DNA of 64,000 nucleotides from Squalus acanthias (lineage: Eukaryota), in contig CM059436.1 of assembly GCA_030390025.1 (NCBI GenBank), positions 71,300,001 through 71,364,000 on the forward strand, written 5' to 3'. Below are positions 38,860-50,270 of this stretch, in pieces (position 1 is the first letter of the stretch; the number at the start of each line of letters is the position of its first letter). The notes below the pieces were generated by a model. That model was not told the DNA's origin, did no database searches, and worked only from the letters and a program-made list of their open reading frames with translations. Made by a program: the position numbers and the translations under genes.

Positions 38860-39130
38860 CCGGTCGTCGGGATCACTGCTGTGCAACGTGCGCATTTCCA
38901 CAATGAAATAAAAAAGCACGAGGGTTATTTCTAGGACAGATAATTGAACATTAATACCCGTTGACATTGTCGTTTGAATGATATGTCAAGCTGACAGGAC
39001 CGATGAGCTTGCATCTGCTGATTGGCCGCGGACGAAAGTTATGTTTGTCAGCTCATGGCCAGGGCCTCAGTGCTACGGATGAGGCAGCCATTAATCACAA
39101 GCTGCCATCTTTGGGCTGACACATCTTCTA
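38860..39130. promoter_or_regulatory. Candidate enhancer / CNE with clustered TGACA cores and a CCAAT box
   Basis: Five TGACA/TGTCA cores in about 160 nt incl. TGTCAAGCTGACAG (38984-38997); CTGATTGGC; retained CpGs in non-repeat DNA. Confidence 0.4.
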
Positions 39131-40129
39131 AAAATGTACCATTCGCATGTTCCTGTGGTCTGGTGCTCTGCAAATACCAGACATGACTGCAAAGCATTCT
39201 CCTCCAGAGCACTTTTATTTTATTAGTGCTAGAAATTGTGGAGAGGAGAAACACTGTAGTATTCTTGGAAAATTGAGACATGAAAGCAAGACATGCTGAA
39301 ACAGAGGAAGGAACATAAACTGGGAGAACAGGATTATCTAAAGAGACTTCATTTAGATACAGCATATCCTTAAAACTAAACCAAAATTACTATTCAACCT
39401 CTTAAATCATGTTACTTAGCACTACCGCAAGAAGATAATTTTACTGGCTAATCTGTAAACAGTACGACTCTATCAATAACTGTACAGAACAGCATTGCTT
39501 CGAAAAAAACCTCGGGCTTTATATTTTTAAAACGTTGCAATGTTTGCAATTAAAAGGTTGTTGTTTGTAATGTGAATTTTATTCCTTCTATGCTCAGTCA
39601 ATTCATAAGCTGTTAGAACAAATTAACTTTTCGATTTCAAAAATGATAGTGTCGCCCTAAGTTACACAAATGTCATCAACAGGGTTTAAAATTATTGCAG
39701 GTTTTATAATCTGCGCACAGCCTCAGTTTTTACAGTCAAGAAATCCAAAAGTATTTTGCAACGAAACCCTTCATTATTCTCACCACATGATGCTTTCAGT
39801 AATTCATTTATTATTGGTAATTGTCTATATCAGTACTTGCTCATTTGTTTTTTAATGCTGAAAGTCTGTAATTGAATTGATTGCTCCTCTGTGTCAGAAG
39901 CTGTAGAACTGGCAATAGCATAATGAGATGATATTAATCTAATATTATACAAATACCAGAATTGACTAATGTGCTAAGCAGCTTCTGAAGTATGCATTTG
40001 TGTAGAGCTGTGAATCTGATGTATCTGAGAAATAGGAATGAAAGATATGGAATAACTCCTTCATTCCAAGTGAAGTGCGAGAGCATTTATGGTTTGACTC
40101 AGAATAGGTTTACAAAAGAATAGTAAGAG

Positions 40130-40516
40130 TGAAAGAAAGAAAAGAAAGACTTGCATTTATATAGCGACTGTCATGACCTCAGGATGTCCCAAAGTGCTTT
40201 ACAGCCAATGAAGTACTTTTTGAATTGTAGTCACTGCTGTAATATAGGAAACGTGGCAGCCAAAATTGCGCACAGCAAGGTCCCAAAAACAGCAATGTGA
40301 TAATGACCAGTTAATCTGTTTTTTAGTGATGTTGATTGAGGGATAAATATTGGCCAAGACACCGGGAATAACTTCCCTGCTCTTCTTCAAAATAGTGCCG
40401 TGGGATCTTTTACGTCCACCTGAGAGAGCAGACGGGGCCTCGGTTTAACGTCTCATCTGAAAGACGGCACCTCCGACAGTGCAGCACTCCCTCAGCACTG
40501 CACTGGAGTGTCAGCC
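40130..40516 (-). mobile_element. DeuSINE-like SINE lacking tRNA head
   Basis: (GAAA)n tail, high similarity to 25740 and 52968 copies; stops at GGAGTGTCAGCC. Confidence 0.9.
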
Positions 40517-40734
40517 GAGTGTGCTTCTTCATTGCCAATTCCCTCCCTCCACTCCCGCTGCTTGTCCTAAAACTGTGGAGCGCTTGCTGAGTGTCCTCTC
40601 GACTTTGCCCAAGTGGCTAGTATTCATGTCCCTGTGTGTCCAAAGGGCTGTTTGATTGTGAATCCGATCACCAAACCTCCACGCACGCACACTTCCAGCA
40701 GATGTGATCAGCAGTACAAATCTGGGCTGAGACC

Positions 40735-41145
40735 TGATTAGCACCCCATCCACCACCTTAAACATTCACTCCCTAAACCTCCGTGGCTGCAGTATGTACC
40801 ATCTACAAGATGCACTGCAGCAACTCGCCAAGGCTTCTTCGGCAGCACCTCCCAAACCCGTAGCCTCTACCACCCAGAAGAATAAGGGCAGCAGGCGCAT
40901 GGGAGCACCACCACCTCCAAGTTTCCCTCCAAGTCTTGGAAATATATTGCCATTCCTTCATCGTTGCTGGGTCAAAGTCCTGGAACTCGCTACCTGACAG
41001 CACTGTGGGGGTACCTTCACCACACAGCCTGCAGCGGTTCAAGAAGATGGCTCACCACCACCTTCTCAAGGGCAATTGGGGATGAGCAATAAATGCTGGC
41101 CTTGCCAGCGACGCTGACATCCCGAGAATGAATACATTTTTTAAA
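40735..41145 (+). mobile_element. Non-LTR retrotransposon 3' fragment of a third CR1/L2-group family
   Basis: Remnant AAVCTIYKMHCSNSPRLLRQHLP and SFIVAGSKSWNSLP..LQRFKKMAHHHLLKG; AGACC at both junctions (40730, 41146). Confidence 0.75.
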
Positions 41146-41707
41146 AGACCAGCTAACCAAGCCCAGGCAGAAATCAAGCCGAGGACTTTCCTTTTCTGTG
41201 TGTCTCAGTCACTCGTGGCTGACCCCACTAAGCCATCGGATGGAGTCCTGGAATAGTCCCATTAATAAAAATTCAAATGACTGTGTTCTGTTTCTGTGCA
41301 AGCTAACAGTAGGCTTGAGTTTATACACACATCCTGCAGTGACATGATCATTGCTAACAACTGGGTGTTTTAGCACTCAATCACAGAATTAGTATTGTTA
41401 TCATTGTGTACTGCATATATTAATGGTGCTATATGAATATTTAAATTATTGATCAGTATAACTACTGGGTACTATGGGTCAAGGTTGAGAATTTTTGCCA
41501 GAAATCCTTGTAAATCTCTCTCAACACCCCTACTATTGTGGATAGATTTAACATGGTTTCAAAATCTTTTGACAGAACCCCTACTCCTTTGGCCTTTGCC
41601 AAACTGGCCATGTGCCTTTGCAATGACAAGAAAAGAAATCGGCCAACAGGGTGCAAGCATCCTGAAATTCCCAGGACTCCACTGCTCCAAAGCAAGAAAA
41701 TGCAAAG

Positions 41708-42268
41708 CATAAGAACGTAAGAACTAGGAGCAGGAGTAGGCCATTTGGCCCTTCGAGCCTGCTCCGCCATTCAATAAGATCATGGCTGATCTTCGACCTC
41801 AACTCCACCTTCCCGCACTATCCCCATATCCCTTAGTTCGCTTAGTATCCAAAAATCTATCGATCTCTGTCTTGAATATACTCAACGACTCAGCATCCAC
41901 AGCCTCTGGGGTAGAGAATTCCAAAGATTCACCACCCTCTGAGTGAAGAAATTTCTCCTCATCTCAGTTCTAAATGGCCGACCCCTTATCCTGAAACTGT
42001 GACCCCGGTCCTGGACTCCCCAGCCTAGGGAAACATCTCCCTGCATCTACCCTGTCAAGCCCCTTTAGAATTTTATATGTTTTAATGAGATCACCTCTCA
42101 TTCATCTAAACTCGAGGGAATACAGGCCTAGTCTACTCAATCTCTCCTCATAGGGCAATCCTCTCATCTCAGGAATCAGTCTGGTGAACCTTCGCTGCAC
42201 TCCCTCTAAGGCAAGTAAGTATATCCTTCCTTAGGTAAGGAGACCAAAACTGTACACAGTACTCCAGC
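41708..42268 (-). mobile_element. CR1 LINE 3' fragment
   Basis: CATAAGAA repeats then reverse complement of the 35652-36065 family. Confidence 0.92.
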
Positions 42269-42599
42269 ATAACTCGGGCCTTTAAACAAAATATAAACTA
42301 TAACTCAGGCACAAAAAAGATATGAATAATATTTTTTTTCACAACAGTAACCAACATTTGTGCTAATATACCCTAAACACAATTTAGTAGCTGTGCAACA
42401 AATATGCAATGCCTCCAACTGCTCTTTGATCTTTAGCTTTTTTTTCTTTGCTGTGATTCACATCTTAATTTTTGTGTACAGAAGTCAACTGCAATATTTT
42501 AACCTGAGCAGTGAGTCAGCAGTGCCTTTTTGGAAGTCGCCTGCTTGTTTGTTCCACCAGGTTAGAGCATTGATCTGCCAAGGACTGCAACTGAATATA

Positions 42600-42887
42600 A
42601 TCCAATTCTGGCCTCTTGCGCATCCCCGATTTTCATCGCTCCACCATTGGCGGCCGTGCTTTCAGCTGCCTGGGCCCTAAGCTCTGGAATTCCCTTCCTA
42701 AACCTCTCTACCTCACTTTCCTCCTTTCAGATGCTCCTTAAAACGTGCCTCTTTGACCAAACTCCCCTCCTATTATCTCCTTATGTGGCTCGGTGTCACA
42801 TTTTGTTTGATAAACGCTCCTGTGAAGCGCCTTGGGACGTTTTACTACGTTAAAGGCGCTGTATAAATGCAAGTTCTTCTTGTTGTT
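42600..42887 (+). mobile_element. L2-clade LINE 3' fragment
   Basis: GGCCGTGCTTTCAGCTGCCTGGGCCCTAAGCTCTGGAATTC body; tail GCGCCTTGGGACGTTTTACTACGTTAAAGGCGC. Confidence 0.9.
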
Positions 42888-44929
42888 GAATGAAAAAATC
42901 CTCTTAGAAAAGATATGTTTTACAATACGGCTGACTTGTGTCGCATTAAGCAAAATCGACTGGGTTTTTTTTGTTTCCCTATCGCCATGTAGCTGGGAAG
43001 TGTTGAGGCTTCCTAGTGATACCGTTCTTTTATAATGTATGCGCTGGTTTGTGAAAATTTGGTTTAACAGGACCGAGAGATGAAGACTAGCTATGAGAGA
43101 AGATCTAGCTGCACAGATGCTGCTGCACTTTATGCTTTGATGTTGTTTCAGGAAAGCGATTTGAATGATGTGCCTGCATAGGTTCCCTAATGATTACAGA
43201 ATGTAAAGTAGGCTACAAAGGTTGTAGATATGTTATTATTTCACTTTGGTGTTAGTTTTAATCCACAATGCCTTTCATTATGCATGTTGCAGTCTTTTAT
43301 ATACCTAGCCATCAGTCTGGTTTTTTTTAAACGAGATCGAGGGTCTGTAAGCTCAATACCCTTGCTGATTCTGGTTTTTTTTTTACCTGCTAACTGTGCC
43401 TCTATCCATGTCCCTACAGATATTATGTCCCTGCAGACTCCTGGCAGCCTGCTTCCAGCTGTGGCAAGCATGGTGCAGTGAATTGGCTTTGAATGTTCTT
43501 TACTCAAATAGGCAGTAATTACAAGCTTAAAGAGGTTTAGTGGTCCAGTAAACTACATAATCACCCCTGAATTAGCCCGAGCTCATCAGTTGCAGTCCAG
43601 CAAGTTCCAACCAGTGGTCTCATGTGGTTCTTAGCGCACAGAAACCTAAGCAGCAGGTGTGGAGTAGCGAGCACCCCTGAAATACAGCCGTCTGCGAGGG
43701 GGTGGGGGGAGGTGGCGGGGGTGGGGGGGAGGGCAATGATCCCTAATGGAATGTGGTTACTGCGCTATGGTGGCTTAATGGAGAACTTAACATGAATAAG
43801 CATGCTCAAAGCTCCAAGAGTCTCCAGTTGTGTACACTGGCTGCTGCCCTCTTCAGTAAACACTGATTTTCTCTCTTCCCATAGCTGTTTGGGTACCTAC
43901 GGTGCTTCTGCCAGAGCCTAGAGAATTGACAGATAAGCGATTGAATTTATATCTTACCGGCTCGAAATCAGTGCAAGTGGAGAGGATCCTCAGCCTAGGG
44001 TTAAAGTAGTCATCGCCTTGTTCCTAATGTGGACATGAGCATCGGCACAATAATGACTTCAGTAATTTGTACTAATTCCCAGCAACAGTCACAGCTGTTC
44101 TTAGTCTCAGCCTCAGGGTGAAAGAGCCTGAATTGAGGTTTTTGATCAAATACCTTGCCCTTGGTTTACACTTTTATATTAAAAAAATGTCCTGTCAGTA
44201 TCGTAAACCATTCCTGAATCAAGGGGTAAGGTTTTGCTATATCGCTGATGCTCTTAAATAACACATAGGTTTTAAAGGCCTCCTGGAAAAATAACTCCAT
44301 TGGTTTTAGGATTTCTGTGCTTCCCTGTTGTGTAGGGAGAGGGAGAGGGGGAAGGATGAGGACAGGATAATCTACATTAATACAATGTGTCAAGTGCCAG
44401 TCATTGTATTTTATTATTTCTTTAAGTTTTACACAGGATCTGCACCCGACAGCGCTAATAAGACTACCTTGGTGGCATTCTGTGACTGCTTCATGTTCAC
44501 AGTAAATGAACCACTCCTCAACCCCCCTCTCCCTGAGGGGACAAGGACCCCTGAATTACATTTGTGCCATTTGCTACAATCTCAGCATTTTCTTGATGAG
44601 GGTGGGGGCAAGTGTGAGAAAAAAAGGGGTGCGGTGGTGGGAAATGTCTGCTTTATCTGTTGGGCAGAGGTATGACTATTTTGCAACAAGAAAGCACGAA
44701 AGCCTTACTGAATAAAATACATTTTCACCGTGGCACAAGACCGCTATTAACACGTACTGATGCTCATAACAATAGTAAAACATTGCTGGTTTTTTTAAGT
44801 CCCGATATTATGACGCAGAAGTCCGTTTTAAAAAAAAAAGATAGTAACATGCACACCAAAAATAATTGAAGAATATTATAGCTGAACTCAACCATCAATT
44901 TTTTAAATTCTTGTTTATATATTTAGTTT

Positions 44930-45053
44930 TGTTGGGTATTAAAGGTTATGGAACCAAGGCAGATAGATGGAGTTAAGATACAGATCATGATCTAATTGAA
45001 TGGCGGAACAGGCTCGAGGGGCTGAATGGCCTCCTTCTGTTCCTATGTTCCTA
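44930..45053 (+). mobile_element. CR1 3'-tail fragment
   Basis: GAATGGCGGAACAGGCTCGAGGGGCTGAATGGCCTCCTTCTGTTCCTATG. Confidence 0.85.
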
Positions 45054-45989
45054 TACTCTAACAATAGGCTAGAAATTACTATTGGCAATATTAGTGAATT
45101 AATGTTTAATACATACATATGGCATTCCTCTACTATTTTAATGGAGGAATGCCATACAAATGCATTAAGTCTTAATCTGCTAGTATCTCCAACATTCTAT
45201 TCTAGTCTCGTATGTGAAACCACCTTTACTTCAAGATAATTGCTCAGCAGAAACTGATAAATGTAATATCTTATTACAGTGGTCAGAGCAGGTGGGCAGA
45301 CCCCAAGCTCTGTATTTTTCTGCTGCTTTTGACAACAAATACTTTCATTTGTATTTACAACATGGTCCTAAAACAAACCTTCCTGCCCCAAGATTTCATG
45401 AAAACATGACTGTCTCACAGAGCATAGGAAGCCAGCGCTCCCATATACCGATTGTAAAAGAAAGTAACCCTCCCGTTTAAATAGAAAGGTTTCCAGCAGG
45501 AAACTTTGGAAATGCTAACAAGCACCTTGGCTTCTGCTATAACCTCAAGCTGTGCCTTTACTGGACACCACAGCTCTTCACTCTCACTACTTGTAAAGTG
45601 CAAATGCAAAGCACAGAGTGGATCTTTGATCACATTCAGTGGGGAAGAAACAAAAGTCACTTTTAACATTGCTGAGCAATCTGATGCATGCTGGGCACTA
45701 AACAGGTTCTTTAGATGTAGTGAAAATCTGTAAAACCTTTTTTTTTTCAGTTGTTGCAGTGAGAATCTATCCAGCCATTACATTCCAGAGTTTAGCTCAA
45801 GGTCAGCCTATATTAGTGCATCAGGCTGAGTTGTGGAGGAGGAGGGCTGGAGGAAAAGGGATTAAAGAACTTCCGAAATTGTTCTCCAACATATTTAGTT
45901 GAGCAACAGAATGCTGTCCTGATAAGGGTTAGATTGGAGAGCTGCCATGTTGCCTCCTACTTCTTAAGCACTCAAAGTGCCTGTTCCCA

Positions 45990-46330
45990 AAACATTTTAC
46001 AACATCAGTTTTTTTCCCCCTTCTTTCTCTCGCTCTCACTCGCACTCTTTTTTTTTTGTACAAGTCCTTGAAAGTGGTTTCCACCCAGTGCCACCTGGCT
46101 GTAGTTATTCAGCAGACGTCGGTATAAGAAGCGGCTGCGGCGAGTAAAATTACAGATCGCCGGCCTTACGTTAGGGAAGCACAGCCTCCCATTATCACAG
46201 CGGCTGGTTCTGCACAGGATTATTTTCAAATTTTCTGCAGCCATTACATTGTGCTGTCATAGTGAGCAGGCCTGCGAGGGAGGGAATGTTATTGATACTT
46301 GGTTACAAGCAAAAGATAAGATATAGAGTG
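45990..46330. promoter_or_regulatory. Candidate conserved non-coding element
   Basis: Non-repeat segment with an unusual local excess of CpG (46116-46205), GACGTC, ATTA cores and CTGTCA. Confidence 0.35.
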
Positions 46331-46882
46331 TGTATCACTGTCCTGGCATCCACATCTTGCAGACTGTGGTGGAAAATTTGATGAAAGGAGTACATTTGGA
46401 CAAGGAGTATCATTAAGATAGGAGGGCTGGAAATTTTCCATCGGTACTTAGCTGCCTTTGTTTCCCATCATTACTGGTCTGGGGGAAGCACTTGGTCTCT
46501 CGTTATTCACCAAAGGACATTTCAAAAATAGCAGCGTAGCGTGACAATGTATCTTAGGAAGCTTCCACAAAGTAAAGCAGTTTGATAATTAAACGCATTA
46601 TTTTGGTATTGTATAAATTTATGCTGACATTTGTTGAATTGCGACTCCTAGTTGGAAACTTTTTGATTTTCTTTTGGAAGTGTAGATTGTTAATTGCGCT
46701 GGTGCCAATGCTGCAGCCTTGTCACTCCATATTGTACACAATGCAACAAGTATTTGTAAGTAATGTTAAAATGCTCTATTTGTCAGATTGCCAGAAGCGA
46801 GCTACTTGGTGTGTCAAGAAGCAATGCATTTCTCACTCTGTCTCTGACACTTCTCTGCTTCATTCTCTTCCCGTTAGAGCCC

Positions 46883-47192
46883 CCCTTTTCCCTTAGAGAG
46901 GTCAATAACCAGGGGGCATAGGTTTAAAGTAATTGGTAGAAGGATTAGAGGGGAGTTGAGGAGACATTTTTTCACCCAAAAGGAACTCACTACCTGAAAG
47001 GGTGGTCGAGGTAGAAACCCTCATCGCATTTAAGAAGTACTTGGAAATGTACTTGAGGTGCCGTAACCTACAGGGCTACGGACCAAGAGCTGGAAAGTGG
47101 GATTAGGCTGGATAGCTCATTTTCGGCCAGCACAGATTTGATGGGCAGAATGGCCTCCTTCTACACTGTAAACTTGTATGATTCTATGATTC
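46883..47192 (+). mobile_element. CR1 LINE 3' fragment
   Basis: TRGHRFKVIGRRIRGELRRHFFTQ remnant; tail GAATGGCCTCCTTCT..ATGATTCTATGATT. Confidence 0.85.
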
Positions 47193-47255
47193 TTCTCTCC
47201 TTTGATCTTGTAGGGAATCTTGACACTCTTTCCATCTTCCCGGCTCCTAATGATT

Positions 47256-47611
47256 ACATGAGAACATAAGAAATAGGAGCAGGAGTAGGCCATATGGCCC
47301 CTCGAGCCTGCTCCACCATTCAATAAGATCATGGCTGATCTTCCACCTCAACTCCACTTTCCTGCACTATCCCTATATCCCTTGATTCCCTTAATATCCA
47401 AAAATCTATCGATCACGGTCTTGAATATACTCAACGACTGAGCCTCCACAGCCCTCTGGGGTAGAGAATTCCAAAGATTCACAACCCTCTGAGTGGAGAA
47501 ATTTCTCCTCATCTCAGTCCTAAATGGCTGACCCCTTATTCTGAGACTGTGACCCCTGGTTCTAGACTCCCCAGCCAGGGGAAACATCATCCCTGCATCA
47601 ACCCTGTCAAG
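47256..47611 (-). mobile_element. CR1 LINE 3' fragment
   Basis: ORF 47348-47665 LDRVDAGMMFPLAGESRTRGHSLRIRG...RVVNLWNSLPQRAV; same subfamily as 41708. Confidence 0.92.
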
Positions 47612-49699
47612 CTCTTTTAAAGGTGTATTTCTAGGAGATTCAATTAAAATGATGTATGCTCTCAAATGGGAATCTAATTTGTTAAGTTGGCCCTCGTTTC
47701 ATTGACATTTTAAAAAAATGACTCTATTGAACTATTACATATAAACAAACTGCAAAGAGAGAAAAATAGTTTTTCGTAAGTAAGGATTAAAATAACACTT
47801 TCAAGTTGGTCTTCAATTGAGGGCCAAACACATTTAAATTGGTCATCCTTACCTATTTTATGACTCTCATGTGGACCACTTATTTGAACTTCTGCGTATT
47901 TTTGTTCATTTTTCGGAACACTTTTTCCAGCTAAAGTTTGTGTTTCAGTTTGGAGAGTGAAAGTTTATTCAGGCAATTGAACAAATATCCTACTTGTTAA
48001 GCCACAAATAACTTAAACGATGGCCAGCCCTGATTGCAGGTTATATGTCTGTTGAAGGACATTTGGGGCTCTTGAAAACAAGCTTAATTGTTGTCAAGCT
48101 TTCGAGCAACTAAAAACGAAGAGCTTATTTCAGTTGGAGGACTGTAGCATCTTCTGGTGTATGTCCTTGGACTCTGCCATGTTCTGTGCTAACTGGAAAT
48201 CCTGCAGCTAAGTCTTTCCCTGTCCTCTCAACCATATTGACCCATCGAGCTCCAATTTTCACTGTCTGTCCAACAAACTGCAAAAACATTTCCTGTTATA
48301 TAGATCCTCTCCAACTTGCACTCACAGTTCAAAGAGACAACATTATTACATATTGAAACACTTTACAAAAGCCTTGCATATTGTATATTTTCAAAATGCA
48401 TTCAGAAATGTCATTAGTCTTTGCTTCCATATGAGCTTCTGCCAGCAATAACCCCATTTCTCATATCCCGTCACAAGGAATATAGAACATCACAGGTGGT
48501 GTCCACTGTTGATGTTGTGGTGATGTGACATAGTAGCATCTCAAAAGTGGGACATGCAGGCCAACCTCCAACCTGACTGAATTGCCAATCTCAACCATAT
48601 TGCAGTTGGTCGGCACTACATGGAGGCAAGTTGCCCTCCTGTGGCGGGAGGGGGATTGGAGGTTCATCCATCCATAGACCACTGTCCTGTGCCTCCTTGT
48701 GACCAGTTCAAATCAGCATTGGCCTGGAGCATATCTCATAACCTGGGGCTGAGGGGGAGCTCAGCAAGAAAATAGAGAAATTCATAGCCTCAGGATTTTT
48801 AAAAAAACTTAAAGGTCCGTCTTCTCACATCACAGCTTGTGTTAATAGTTGCAAAGTGGATTCCTCTTTTGATCTTTGCATAAACTTGTTGCGTAGCTGG
48901 TTAGGTTCAGCACTTTGACACAACCTTCTTCATGATTTCATATCCTAATCATGATATTTTATCATTAAATTGTTGTCCCAGATGCTTCAGTTGCTCCCTA
49001 TTCTCAGCTTGCATGTACACCACACGGAGCTTTGCTAAGTGTTGGAGAATGATGATGAACTAAAAGGAGCAGTGTTAAACATTCCAGAAATTGGTAAAGG
49101 ATGGCTGTTCCCATTCTCACCAGACTGTCGTATCTTCACATTTTCACTTATATATAAACCAGGATCCGTATCCAGAATGTCAGACATCATCGCTGACTTC
49201 TTAATGTAGCTGGTGCTTTTTCACGTGTCTTGATGATGAACGTATTAAGCTGCACAGCAAATTCATAACCTGCCAATCATTAGTTTATTGGCACTGTAAC
49301 ATTTTTAGCTCCCCTCTCAAAACCCTAAACTTCCTTGCTGTGCATGCGATAAGTTATGAAGCGAAGTCTCAGAAGGTGTGTCATGAAGGTGAAGCTGCTG
49401 TTCTCCTGCAGGTAAATGACTTGTTACCTGGATCTGCACAGTTGCTAGACCCTTGCTATAGTGCACGCTGATCTGAGCCGGACCAGCTCTCAGGAGCAGT
49501 GATAGTGGAGCTCTGCTGTGACTCATACAAAGAGCTCTACTCCTACAGCAGCCAACTTTTAATGTGCATAGGGGCATCTGCCTTCTCATGATGTTAAAAA
49601 GGTTTCATTCCATCTTAAAATTCCCAAGAGGTGCAACGCACTGCCTCTGTAGTTTTGAAATGCAGCTTCACACCAGTATAGCGTTCTAGTGTACCTCTT

Positions 49700-50270
49700 T
49701 GACCAAGCCTCTGTTATGTCTAGACTCCACTATTCCAAAGCTCTCCTGGTCGGCCTCCCATCTTGCACACTCTGTAAACTTGAGCTCATCCAAAACCCTG
49801 CTGCCCGTATCCTAAGTCGCACCAAGTCCTGTTCACCCATCACCCTTGTCCTAGCTGACCAACATTGGCTCCCGGTCCAGCAACGCCTCAGTTTAAAAAT
49901 TCTTATCCTTGTTTTCAAATCCCTCCATAGCCTCGCCCCTCCCTATCTCTGTAACCTCCTCCAGTCCTACAGCCCTCCGAGATCTCTGCGCTCCTCTAAT
50001 TCTGGCCTTTTGCGCATCCCCGATTTTAATCACTCCACCATTGGTGGCCGTGCCTTCAGCTGCCTGGGCCCTCAACTCTGGAATTCCCTCCCTAAACCTC
50101 TCTACCTCTCTCTCCTCCTTTAAGATGCTCCTTAAAGCCTACCTTCACCTGTCCTAATATCTCCTAATGTGGCTCGGTGTCAAATTTTGTTTGATAATGG
50201 CTCCTCTGAAGCGCCTTGGGACGTTTTACTACATTAATGGCGCTACATAAATGCAAGTTGTGTTGTTGAT
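49700..50270 (+). mobile_element. L2-clade LINE 3' fragment
   Basis: ORF 49689-50123 SRLHYSKALLVGLP..LIQNPAARIL..HWLPVQQR..GGRAFSCLGPQLWNSLP plus tail. Confidence 0.92.
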
